The position numbers and the translations under genes are program-made. From Deltaproteobacteria bacterium (lineage in GTDB: Bacteria; Myxococcota_A; UBA9160; UBA6930), in NCBI GenBank assembly GCA_028817435.1, contig JAPPPQ010000023.1:58836-122835 (forward strand): DNA of 64,000 nt. Direction: 5' to 3'. Below the pieces are notes generated by a model that saw only the letters and a program-made list of their open reading frames with translations, was not told where the DNA came from and ran no database searches. Numbering within the stretch: position 1 is the stretch's first letter; the number at the start of each line of letters is the position of its first letter. Of the stretch, positions 28,138 through 36,564 are shown one piece after another.

Positions 28138-28965
28138 TCAGCCCCGCACTTCGCGCACTTCGCTGTTGGCGCGGCCTTCGGGATCTATGAATTCGCGGAT
28201 CAGCCGCAGTTCCTCTGCAGCCGGCGCGCGGGTCTCGGGCGCTTCCTCCGCATTGGGCGCCAGCTCGAAGCCGGTCTGCTGCGCGATTTCCTGCGCGGAG
28301 ACGCCGGGGTGCCGGGAGCGCAGCCGCATACGGCGCTCGGGCGTCTCGAAATCAAAGACTCCCAGGTTGGAAACCACGCGGTGAATATCGTGAAAGCGCG
28401 CGCTCTGCGGGCCGAGCGCGGCGGCGCGGTCGTAGCCCACGCCGGAAACCACATCCACCTGCTCGACGAAAACCTTGGGGCTGTGATTGGGAATCCAGTA
28501 GGAGGTGCGGTGGTGGATGGTGTTGCCCGGCGCGCCGCGCATGCCGAGCAGTTGCGCCTTGGGTTTTGGGTGCGGGCCAATGCAGGCGAAGTTCTGATTG
28601 CCGTGGCGGTCAATCTGGCTCGCCACCATTACCACATGGCGCCGCCCATTCCACAGCAGATCGAAGACGCTGCGGAAAGGCAGCCAGCCTTCCACCACCG
28701 GTTCCGGCGCATCCGGGCCGTCGGGCGCGCGGGGGCCGCTGATGGGCTGCGCTTCTGCGAGCAGCGAGCAGATGCCGTCGGTGAGCAGCAGGTCGGGCTC
28801 GAAGCTGAGCTTCGCCAAACGCGCGCCCACCTGCGGCGCCAGGCCGAAGCAACTTACCAGGCGCTCGCCGCTGCCGCGCAAGGCGTCGGCCAGCGCGACG
28901 GCGCAGACCTCCGATCGCGTCGCTTGCGCGCCGCTCGCGGCCCGCGTCGCCTGCGCGCCGCTCAT
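28138..28965 (-). CDS. CoA-transferase subunit B (IpdB/ScdL2-like by context)
   Basis: ATG 28965 overlaps the subunit A stop (ATGA). Glutaconate-CoA-transferase-B-like length (275 aa) and position. Confidence 0.7.
   Translation of the reverse strand: MSGAQATRAASGAQATRSEVCAVALADALRGSGERLVSCFGLAPQVGARLAKLSFEPDLLLTDGICSLLAEAQPISGPRAPDGPDAPEPVVEGWLPFRSVFDLLWNGRRHVVMVASQIDRHGNQNFACIGPHPKPKAQLLGMRGAPGNTIHHRTSYWIPNHSPKVFVEQVDVVSGVGYDRAAALGPQSARFHDIHRVVSNLGVFDFETPERRMRLRSRHPGVSAQEIAQQTGFELAPNAEEAPETRAPAAEELRLIREFIDPEGRANSEVREVRG
28916..28962 (-). repeat. 27-bp in-frame tandem duplication (SGAQATRAA / SGAQATRSE) at the 5' end of the CoA-transferase B gene
   Basis: Units cgcgtcgcttgcgcgccgct (28916-28935) and cgcgtcgcctgcgcgccgct (28943-28962), period 27 nt. 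Confidence 0.8.
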
Positions 28966-29810
28966 CGCGCTTGCACCCGGGCCTGATATTCGGCCTCGCT
29001 CACATCGAGCCAGCCGGCGCGGAAGCGGCGCCAGGCGTCTTCGTCTTTTGCGGTGGCGGCGTATTCGCGCTGGAAGGTTTCGTCGCGCCCGTAATCCGGC
29101 GGGCATTCGGTGAAGTGCGCGCCGCCCGGCGCTTCAATTACGCCGTCCACCATGCTGCGGTTGATGCGCAGCGTCTGCAGCGCGCCGCCTGCCAGCAGTT
29201 CCCGGGTCTCGACGAGCTTCTCGCAACTCATGAAGCGGCGCTTGGCGGCCATGCAGTAGAGATCGTCGAAGTAGAAATCCGGGCCGAGATACTGGCCGTT
29301 GCCGGCGGCGTCGGCGCGGTTCATGTGGATGAAGGCCGCATCGAGTTCCAGCGCGGGCATGGCCACCAACTCTTCGCCGTCGGCGTAGGGCGATTTCACC
29401 AGCTTCAACTCGGGATTGATGCGCATGACATCGCTGCCGAGTCCCGCGCGCGTTGGCAAAAAGGGCAAGCGCAGCGCCGCCGCGTAGAGTCCCCACTGCA
29501 GCATGCCCTCGTCCAGCTCGCGCGCTTCCACGGCGCCGGCCTGCCGCACGGCGCGAAAGTGCGGCTCCAGCGGAATCGAATCCAGCGAGACGAAGCCGTA
29601 AATCAGCCGCTTCACCTTTCCGTAGCGGCAGAGCAGCCCCACCTCGGGGCCGCCGTAGCTCACCAGCGTGAGATCCTTCACCGGCGAGCGCAGCAGTTCG
29701 CGCACCAGCGACATGGGCTTGCGGCGCGAGCCCCAGCCGCCAATGCCGAGGGTCATGCCGTCGCGCAATTCGGCGACGGCTTCGCTTTCGCTGCTGCGCT
29801 TGTCGGCCAA
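28962..29810 (-). CDS. CoA-transferase subunit A (IpdA/ScdL1-like by context), first gene of the operon
   Basis: No ATG/GTG in frame. TTG 29810 gives (M)ADKRSSESEAVAELRDGMTLGIGGWG, the usual subunit A N-terminus. A 282-aa product. Confidence 0.7.
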   Translation of the reverse strand: MADKRSSESEAVAELRDGMTLGIGGWGSRRKPMSLVRELLRSPVKDLTLVSYGGPEVGLLCRYGKVKRLIYGFVSLDSIPLEPHFRAVRQAGAVEARELDEGMLQWGLYAAALRLPFLPTRAGLGSDVMRINPELKLVKSPYADGEELVAMPALELDAAFIHMNRADAAGNGQYLGPDFYFDDLYCMAAKRRFMSCEKLVETRELLAGGALQTLRINRSMVDGVIEAPGGAHFTECPPDYGRDETFQREYAATAKDEDAWRRFRAGWLDVSEAEYQARVQAR

Positions 29811-29854
29811 ATTCGCCCCTTCGCTGCGCCCCCGGCGCGTGGGCGCTTGCGGGA

Positions 29855-29878
29855 TATAATACGAAACGCGGCGTTTCG
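29855..29878 (+). promoter_or_regulatory. TATAAT -10 box followed directly by a perfect 17-bp palindrome CGAAACGC-G-GCGTTTCG (operator-like)
   Basis: TATAAT 29855-29860; palindrome 29862-29878. Lies in the 88-bp divergent spacer between the operon (start 29810) and the acyl-CoA ligase (start 29899). Confidence 0.5.
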
Positions 29879-29898
29879 CAAAACCCTCGGGAGGCGCC

Positions 29899-31356
29899 AT
29901 GCCCCGGATGTCCCACGGCAGCGCGATGAGCTGGCTGGCAGCGCGGGCGCCGCAGCGCCTGGCCGTGGTGTGCGAATCCGAGCGCGCCAGCCGCTCGCAG
30001 CTCGACCGCCGCGCCAACCGGCTGGCCCGGGCCTACGCAGCCCGGGGCGTTGGCAAGGGCGACCTGGCCACCCTGGCGCTGCCGAACGGCATTGAGTTTT
30101 TGGCGGCGTGTCTGGCGCTGTGGAAGATTGGCGCTGCGCCGCAGCCCATTTCGTCGCGGCTGCCGGCGGCCGAGCGCCGCGCCCTGGTGGCGCTGGCGAA
30201 GCCGGCTCTGGTAATCGGCGCGGCAGAGGGCGAGTTCGGCGCAATCCCCGCGCTGCCGCCGGGCTTTGCGCCCGATCCCGCGCTGCCGGACGATCCGCTG
30301 CCCGATATTACGCCGCCGCATTCCCGGGTGATGAGTTCGGGAGGCAGCACCGGCCGCCCCAAGCTCATTGTGGATCTCGCCCCGGCGCTCACCGATCCCA
30401 CCCGCGCCGAGAACTTCATGCGCGTGGGCGGCGCCACGCTGGCGCCGGGGCCGCTCTATCACGCGGGGCCTTTTCTGGTGTCGTGGCAATGCCTGCTGTC
30501 GGGCGGCTGCGTGGTGCTCATGCAGCGCTTCGACGCCGAGCGCTGCCTTGCGCTGATCGAAGAGCAGCGCGTGGAGTGGGTGCTGTTCGTGCCGACCATG
30601 ATGCAGCGCATCTGGAAGCTGCCCGAGGCGCAGCGCAATCGCCATGATCTTTCATCGCTGCGCACGGTGATGTGCACCGGCGCGCCGAGTCCCGCCTGGC
30701 TGAAGCGCGCCTGGATTGAATGGCTCGGCGCGGAAAAAATCTACGAGGCATACGGCGGCACCGAGCGCATTGCCGGCACCATCATCCGGGGGGACGAGTG
30801 GCTCGCGCATCCCGGTTCGGTGGGCAAGCCGCCGCCCGAGCGCGGCATGCGCGCGCTGCGCCCCGACGGCAGCCGCTGCGCGCCGGGCGAGGTGGGCGAA
30901 ATCTACATGAAGCCGGCCGGCGGGCAGGGCAGCACCTATCGCTATATCGGCGCAGAGGCGGCGGCGGCGCAGGATGGCTGGGAGAGCCTCGGCGACATGG
31001 GGCACTTCGATGCCGACGGCTATCTCTACCTGGCCGACCGCAAAACCGACATGATCCTCGTGGGCGGCGCAAATGTGTTTCCCGCAGAGGTGGAGGCGGC
31101 GCTGGATCTGCACCCCGAGGTGCGCAGCAGCGCGGTAATTGGCCTGCCCGATGCAGATTTGGGGCAGCGCATTCACGCCATTGTGGATGCGCCAGAGGGC
31201 GTCAGCGAGGAAGCGCTGCGCGAACACATGGCGCAGCAGTTGGCGCGCTTCAAGACTCCGCGCAGCTACGAGTTCATCGCCACGCCGCTGCGCGACGACG
31301 CCGGCAAGCTGCGCCGCAGCGCGTTGCGCGCCGAGCGCATCGCCCGCAACAGCTAG
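29899..31356 (+). CDS. AMP-dependent acyl-CoA synthetase (FadD3/ScdA-like by context)
   Basis: 485 aa; GGGAGG RBS; SSGGSTGRPKL AMP motif; C-terminal GKLRRSALR. Confidence 0.8.
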   Translation: MPRMSHGSAMSWLAARAPQRLAVVCESERASRSQLDRRANRLARAYAARGVGKGDLATLALPNGIEFLAACLALWKIGAAPQPISSRLPAAERRALVALAKPALVIGAAEGEFGAIPALPPGFAPDPALPDDPLPDITPPHSRVMSSGGSTGRPKLIVDLAPALTDPTRAENFMRVGGATLAPGPLYHAGPFLVSWQCLLSGGCVVLMQRFDAERCLALIEEQRVEWVLFVPTMMQRIWKLPEAQRNRHDLSSLRTVMCTGAPSPAWLKRAWIEWLGAEKIYEAYGGTERIAGTIIRGDEWLAHPGSVGKPPPERGMRALRPDGSRCAPGEVGEIYMKPAGGQGSTYRYIGAEAAAAQDGWESLGDMGHFDADGYLYLADRKTDMILVGGANVFPAEVEAALDLHPEVRSSAVIGLPDADLGQRIHAIVDAPEGVSEEALREHMAQQLARFKTPRSYEFIATPLRDDAGKLRRSALRAERIARNS

Positions 31357-31883
31357 AGGCCGCGCGCCCAGAAACGCCGCCAGCTCTCGAGTTCGCCGGG
31401 GACGCTGCCCATGCCGGTCTGCCGCTGCGGCCAGTTGGCCGGCGGCAGTGTCAACGGGTTCTCGCCGAGTTCGGCGCCATAGACCAGCAGGTGGCGGCGG
31501 CTGCGAAACAGCCAGCGCCCCCCGCGGCGCTCGTATTCGTCGTGATACTGAATGGCCTGCACGATGAAGCGCCGGGAATCCGGGCCGCCGTCCTGAATTT
31601 CTCCGCGGCAATAGACCACGCCGCTGGCGCGGTCCGCGCCGCGCAAATCAATGGCGTGGGTGCCCACCTGCAAGAAGGTAATGCCGACCCTGCGCAGCGC
31701 GCGGTCGAAATCTCCGCGCAGCGCCTCGCGCCCGCGCGCGCCCCGCGCCGCCTGCACATCGGCAATGTAGAGGGCGCAGAGCCCGTCGAGATCTCGCGCA
31801 TCCAGGCACACCGCATAGCGGTGGGCGAGCTGGCGAATCTCCTCGAAGGCCAGCAGCCGCTCGGTCGGCCTCATCGGCTCCAT
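31353..31883 (-). CDS. NTF2/SnoaL-like fold protein
   Basis: ATG 31883 (MEPMRPTERLLAFEEIRQLAHRYAVCLDARDLDGL...). The longer track ORF overlaps the divergent gene. Confidence 0.6.
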   Translation of the reverse strand: MEPMRPTERLLAFEEIRQLAHRYAVCLDARDLDGLCALYIADVQAARGARGREALRGDFDRALRRVGITFLQVGTHAIDLRGADRASGVVYCRGEIQDGGPDSRRFIVQAIQYHDEYERRGGRWLFRSRRHLLVYGAELGENPLTLPPANWPQRQTGMGSVPGELESWRRFWARGL

Positions 31884-31980
31884 GCGGGGAAAATAGTGGA
31901 GCGGCGGGCCGGAGGGGAGGGCGTGCGGGCCTGCGGGGCGGCGCGGCGGTGTGATAGGATGGCGCGGCGGAGGAGAAACC

Positions 31981-32430
31981 ATGGCCACTGCGCGCAGGCC
32001 CGCCGTTGCGGGCTGGTTCACCATGGACGAAGAGCAGCCCCAACTGTTGGGCTCGCGCTGCACCGCCTGCGGCGCGGTGTTTTTCCCGAAGCAGGAGAGC
32101 TTCTGCCACAACCCGGCCTGCGCCGGCGGCGATTTCGAGGAAGCGCCGCTCTCCCGGCGCGGGCGGCTGTGGTCCTACACCACCAATCACTACCAGCCGC
32201 CGCCGCCTTATGTGCCGCGCGGCGATGCCCACCGGCCCTTCGCCATTGCCGCCGTGGAGCTGGAGGCGGAGAAGATGGTGGTGCTGGGGCAGGTGCCGGA
32301 GCAGGTGAAGCTCGAATCGCTGCGCACCGGCATGGAGATGGAGTTGATTCTCGACACGCTCTTCGAGGACGATGAGGGCGAGGTCGTCGTCTGGAAGTGG
32401 AATCCCGTGAGCGAGGCGGACGGGCGGTAG
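31981..32430 (+). CDS. Zn-ribbon/OB-fold (DUF35) acyl-CoA-associated protein
   Basis: GGAGGAG RBS before ATG 31981. CTACGAVFFPKQESFCHNPAC zinc ribbon followed by an OB-fold-like segment. Precedes an SCP-x type thiolase, the usual pairing. Confidence 0.75.
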   Translation: MATARRPAVAGWFTMDEEQPQLLGSRCTACGAVFFPKQESFCHNPACAGGDFEEAPLSRRGRLWSYTTNHYQPPPPYVPRGDAHRPFAIAAVELEAEKMVVLGQVPEQVKLESLRTGMEMELILDTLFEDDEGEVVVWKWNPVSEADGR

Positions 32431-32466
32431 CGAACCCGGCGCGCAGCGCCGGGAAGGGAGGCGAAG

Positions 32467-33666
32467 ATGGCGGGCGCGGCAGGCGAAGTGGCGGTGCTGG
32501 GCGTGGGAATGCACCCCTGGGGCAAGTGGGGCCGCAACTTCATCGAATACGGCGTGCACGCGGCGCGCAATGCGCTGGCCGATGCCGATTTGGACTGGCG
32601 CGAGGTGCAGTTTGTGGCGGGGGGCGAGACCATCCGCAACGGCTATCCGGGTTTCGTGGCGGGGGCGGCCATTGCCCAGGCGCTGGGCTTCAACGGCGCG
32701 CAGGTGGGCAGCGCCTATGGCGCATGCGCCGCCGGCACCCAGGCCATTGCCACGGCGCGGGCGCACATTCTGGCGGGGCTCTGCGATGTGGCGCTGGTGG
32801 TGGGCGCCGACACCACGCCCAAGGGCTTCTTCGCCCCCACCGGCGGCGAGCGGCAGCAGGATCCGGACTGGCTGCGCTTCCGCCTGCTCGGCGCGACGAA
32901 CCCGGTCTATTTCGGACTCTACGCCCGCCGCCGCATGGATCTCTACGGCGATACCGAGGAGGACTTTGCGCGCATCAAGGTGAAGAACAGCCAGTGCGGC
33001 GCGCAGAATCCCAACGCCCGCTATCCCAAGGCATTTGGACTCGATGAGGTGCTGGCCTCGCCGGTGGTTTCCGATCCCCTGCGGCTGTTGCAAATTTGCG
33101 CCACCAGCGATGGCGGCGCGGCGCTGGTGCTCTCTTCCATGGAATTCGCGCGGCGCAGGACGGCCAAGCCGGTCACCCTGGCGGCGGTTTCCACGGTGAC
33201 GCCGCAGTTTCCGAACACGCATCTCGAAATGCCGAACTTCGCCACCGATTCGGCGGCGGCGCAGCGCGCGCCTGCGCTCTCCTTCCGGGATTCCATTGCG
33301 CGCAGCGCCTACGAGCAGGCCGGCCTCGGCCCCGAAGACATGGATCTGGCGGAGGTCTATGATCTCTCCTCGGCGATGGAGCTGGACTGGTGCGAGGCCA
33401 TCGGTTTGTGCGAGCCGGGAGAAGCGGCGCGGCTGCTGCGCGATGGCGACATCTCGCTGGGCGGGCGCATTCCCGTGAATCCCAGCGGCGGCCTCGGGGC
33501 CTTCGGCGAGGCGATTCCCGCCCAGGCCATTGCCCAGGTCTGCGAGCTGGTCTGGCAATTGCGCGGCGAGGCGCGGGGCCGCCAGGTGGAAGGCGCGCGC
33601 AGCGGCGTGACCGCAAACCTGGGCCTGTTCGGCCACGGCTCCTCGGTGGTGGTGCGGGCGCACTGA
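32467..33666 (+). CDS. Thiolase-like lipid-transfer (SCP-x/Ltp-type) protein
   Basis: 399 aa; GACAAGTQAI; NPSGGLGAFGEA; GGGAGG RBS. Confidence 0.8.
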   Translation: MAGAAGEVAVLGVGMHPWGKWGRNFIEYGVHAARNALADADLDWREVQFVAGGETIRNGYPGFVAGAAIAQALGFNGAQVGSAYGACAAGTQAIATARAHILAGLCDVALVVGADTTPKGFFAPTGGERQQDPDWLRFRLLGATNPVYFGLYARRRMDLYGDTEEDFARIKVKNSQCGAQNPNARYPKAFGLDEVLASPVVSDPLRLLQICATSDGGAALVLSSMEFARRRTAKPVTLAAVSTVTPQFPNTHLEMPNFATDSAAAQRAPALSFRDSIARSAYEQAGLGPEDMDLAEVYDLSSAMELDWCEAIGLCEPGEAARLLRDGDISLGGRIPVNPSGGLGAFGEAIPAQAIAQVCELVWQLRGEARGRQVEGARSGVTANLGLFGHGSSVVVRAH

Positions 33667-34124
33667 TGGCGTTCACGGCGCAGGAGCTTTCGGACCGCAG
33701 CGAGATCGGCGATCTGCTGGCGCGCTACTGCCGCGCCATTGACGACAAAGACTGGGCGCTGCTCGATCAGGTCTTCACGCCGCAGGCCGAGCTCGACTAC
33801 ACCGAATCCGGCGGCATCGCCGGGCGCTATCCCGAGGTGCGGGCCTGGCTGGAAAAGGCGCTCGCCGCATTTCCCGAAACGCTGCACTACATCACCAACA
33901 CCGAGATCACCCTGGACGGCGACCGCGCCCGCGCGCGCACTGCCGTCTACAATCCCATGTTCTTCGCCAATCCCGGCGGCGGGCGGCACCACTTTGCCGT
34001 GGGCGGTTTCTATCTGGACGAGTTGCAGCGCACGCCCGCCGGCTGGCGCATTGCAAAGCGGCGCGAGCGGCAGGCTTTTCTGGAGGGAACGCTGCCCCCC
34101 GCACTTTCAATCCCCCAATCCTGA
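33666..34124 (+). CDS. NTF2/SnoaL-like fold protein
   Basis: ATG 33666 overlaps the thiolase TGA (TGATG). IGDLLARYCRAIDDKDWALLDQVFTP pattern. Confidence 0.65.
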   Translation: MAFTAQELSDRSEIGDLLARYCRAIDDKDWALLDQVFTPQAELDYTESGGIAGRYPEVRAWLEKALAAFPETLHYITNTEITLDGDRARARTAVYNPMFFANPGGGRHHFAVGGFYLDELQRTPAGWRIAKRRERQAFLEGTLPPALSIPQS

Positions 34125-34163
34125 CGGCCCGCAGGCGGTGTCCGCATCGGGGCGTGGAGAGCC

Positions 34164-34517
34164 ATGATTTACGAGGTGCGCTGCGAGCGCTGTCAGACGA
34201 GTTTCGCGCCGGAGACCCGCCGCTGCCTCCACTGCGGCGGGCGGCTGAAAGCGGGCGCCGCAGTGCGCAGCTCGCTGCCGCGCGAAATGCAGCCCGCCGG
34301 GTTGCCTCCCGGCGGCGTCGCGCCGCCCGCGCCCGGGGCGGACTCTCAGGGCCAGACGGTGCAGACGGCGCAAACGGCACAGACGGCGCAGCCCGAGCTG
34401 CCGCCCGGAATCGGCGACGAGGAAGTGGAAGAAGAGCCGCCGCAGCGGCGGATCTTCTGGGGCGCCATAACGGGGTTGCTCGCCATGCTGGGCGCGCTGC
34501 TGCGCGACTGCTTCTGA
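34164..34517 (+). CDS. Small zinc-ribbon protein with low-complexity linker and C-terminal transmembrane helix, unknown function
   Basis: CERC...CLHCGG ribbon; [13 protein letters not shown] repeat; C-terminal [17 protein letters not shown]. Confidence 0.55.
   Translation: MIYEVRCERCQTSFAPETRRCLHCGGRLKAGAAVRSSLPREMQPAGLPPGGVAPPAPGADSQGQTVQTAQTAQTAQPELPPGIGDEEVEEEPPQRRIFWGAITGLLAMLGALLRDCF
34353..34388 (+). repeat. 4 x 9-bp tandem repeat (cagacggyg) encoding QT(V/A) units
   Basis: cagacggtg cagacggcg caaacggca cagacggcg read directly. Confidence 0.85.
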
Positions 34518-34545
34518 GCCGCCGCTGAAACGAAAGGGGAGGGGA

Positions 34546-34947
34546 ATGGCGAAAATCGAGAAGACCGAGAGCGAGTGGCGGGCGCAGCTCACGCCGGAGC
34601 AATTCGAGGTGTTGCGCCGGGCGGGGACCGAGCCGGCATTCAGCGGCCGCTATCACGATGCCAAGCAGCCCGGCCTCTACCGCTGCGCCGGTTGCGATGC
34701 GGCGCTGTTTCGCTCCGGCGCCAAGTTCGATTCGGGGACGGGCTGGCCGAGCTTCTGGGAACCCGTCGCAAAAGACGCCGTGGCCGAGCGCAGCGACCAC
34801 AGCCACGGCATGATTCGCAGCGAGGTGATCTGCGCCGCCTGCGAGGGCCACTTGGGCCATGTGTTTCCCGACGGCCCGCCGCCCACCGGCCGCCGCTACT
34901 GCATGAACTCTGCCTCGCTGCGCCTCGACACCGGCGCAGCGGAATAG
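34546..34947 (+). CDS. msrB: Peptide-methionine (R)-S-oxide reductase
   Basis: [11 protein letters not shown]...GTGWPSF...[16 protein letters not shown]...RYCMNS, the full MsrB signature. Confidence 0.95.
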   Translation: MAKIEKTESEWRAQLTPEQFEVLRRAGTEPAFSGRYHDAKQPGLYRCAGCDAALFRSGAKFDSGTGWPSFWEPVAKDAVAERSDHSHGMIRSEVICAACEGHLGHVFPDGPPPTGRRYCMNSASLRLDTGAAE

Positions 34948-34950
34948 CGG

Positions 34951-35169
34951 CTACTCCTTCACGATGGCCAGGGCCTGCCGCGGGCACAGGCGCACCGCCT
35001 CCTGTGCCTTCGCCTCGTGCTCCGCGGGAATCTCGCCGGAGATTTCGTCGGCGGGCCCCTTGAGCAGGTGGTGGAAGTTGTCCTCCTCATCCACCTTGAA
35101 GAGTTCGGGGGCGATGTCCATGCACACGGCGTTGGCTTCGCACAGATCCCAATCCACCTTGATTTTCAT
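34951..35169 (-). CDS. Small single-cluster (3Fe-4S type) ferredoxin
   Basis: ATG 35169 after GGGAGG. MKIKVDWDLCEANAVCMDIAPELF...AVRLCPRQAL; 72 aa. Confidence 0.75.
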   Translation of the reverse strand: MKIKVDWDLCEANAVCMDIAPELFKVDEEDNFHHLLKGPADEISGEIPAEHEAKAQEAVRLCPRQALAIVKE

Positions 35170-35324
35170 GCCGTCCTCCCGGTTGTGCCCGCATTGGCGG
35201 GGCGCGCGGAATATACCACGCCGGCGGTCACGCCGGCTCCGGCGCTTCGCCTCTCGCGCGGCGGCGCGGGGCGGGCTACCCATGCGCCCCCGCGGCGCTG
35301 CGGCAGCGGGAAAGGGAGAGGCGC

Positions 35325-35750
35325 ATGGCGCGTGGGCGCAGCCACTGGCTGGTGAAATCCGAGCCCCTGAAATACTCCTGGGACCAGTTTGTGCGCGATG
35401 GCGAGACCTACTGGGACGGCGTGCGCAACTACGCCGCGCGCAACAACCTGCGCGCCATGAAGAAGGGCGACCTGGTGCTCTATTACCACTCGAACGAGGG
35501 CCGGGAAGTGGTGGGCGTGGCCCGGGTGAAGGGCGAATCCTATCCCGACCCCACCACCGGGGATGAGCGCTGGCTGGTGGTGGATCTCTCGCCGCTGAAG
35601 CCGCTGGCGCAGCCCGTCGCGCTGGCGCAGATCAAGGCCGATCCGCGCCTCGCCGAAATCGCGCTGGTGAAGCAGCCGCGCCTTTCGGTCATGCCCGTGA
35701 CCAAAGCGGCCTTCGACCGCATTCTCTCCCTGGGGAGGACGAAGCTCTGA
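35325..35750 (+). CDS. EVE (PUA-like) domain protein
   Basis: HWLVKSEPLKYSWDQFVRDGETYWDGVRNYAARNNLRAMKKGDLVLYYHS, the canonical EVE pattern. Confidence 0.85.
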   Translation: MARGRSHWLVKSEPLKYSWDQFVRDGETYWDGVRNYAARNNLRAMKKGDLVLYYHSNEGREVVGVARVKGESYPDPTTGDERWLVVDLSPLKPLAQPVALAQIKADPRLAEIALVKQPRLSVMPVTKAAFDRILSLGRTKL

Positions 35751-36403
35751 TGGCGGACGCGCTCGACATGGAGACCCTGGGCGAGGAATTGCCGCTGCTG
35801 GAGGGGATTCGCACCGCCCGGGCGATCCGGCGGCTGCGCCCGGATCCGGTGCCGCCTGCGCTGATTCGCAAAGTCTGCGAGGCGGGGACCTTTGCGCCGA
35901 GCGGCGGCAACCGGCAGCCCTGGAAGTTCATCGCCGTGACTGATCCCGAGCGGCGGCGCTGGGTGGCGGACCGCTACCGCCCGATGTTCCGCGAATACAT
36001 TGCCGATGCGGTGGAGGCGGCGCGCGATCCCGCCTTTCCCGAATCGCGGCGGCGCATGCAGCGCGCCGCCATTCACCTGGCCGAGCATTTGCACGAAGCG
36101 CCGGTGCATCTCTTCGTGGCCGGCTGGACGCGGCGCGGCCAGCCGCAACTGCAGGCGCTGATGCCCTGCGTGATGAATGTGCTGCTGGCCTGCCGCGCCG
36201 TCGGACTCGGCGCGAGCCTGACCACGCTGCACCGAAACTTCGGCGCGGAGTGCGACGCCTGGCTGAATCTCCCCGAGAATTGCCCCACCTGCGCGCTGCT
36301 GCCCATCGGCTGGCCGCTGGGCCGCTACGGCCGCCCGCCCCGCAAATCCGTGGACGAATGCCTCTTCTTCGAGCGCTACGACCCCGCCCGCGACGGGCGT
36401 TGA
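35750..36403 (+). CDS. Nitroreductase family protein
   Basis: TGATG overlap with the EVE gene. RAIRRLRPDPVP...APSGGNRQPWKF. Confidence 0.8.
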   Translation: MADALDMETLGEELPLLEGIRTARAIRRLRPDPVPPALIRKVCEAGTFAPSGGNRQPWKFIAVTDPERRRWVADRYRPMFREYIADAVEAARDPAFPESRRRMQRAAIHLAEHLHEAPVHLFVAGWTRRGQPQLQALMPCVMNVLLACRAVGLGASLTTLHRNFGAECDAWLNLPENCPTCALLPIGWPLGRYGRPPRKSVDECLFFERYDPARDGR

Positions 36404-36564
36404 AGCGGAAATTCGAGCAGCGAAAACAGCCATCCACGCGCCCACCGAGGCGGTGCATACCCCAGTCGCGCCCCCGCCGTCCGCTGCGGGCGGCTATACT
36501 GCGCAGAAGCCGCAGTGGGCGCAAACACCCGCGCTCACGGAGAATCAAACGAGGCAAGCATTCC

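Noticed and set aside
31648-33663. 671-aa minus-strand ORF
   Set aside because: Antisense to the DUF35 and SCP-x thiolase genes, which have RBSs and family motifs.
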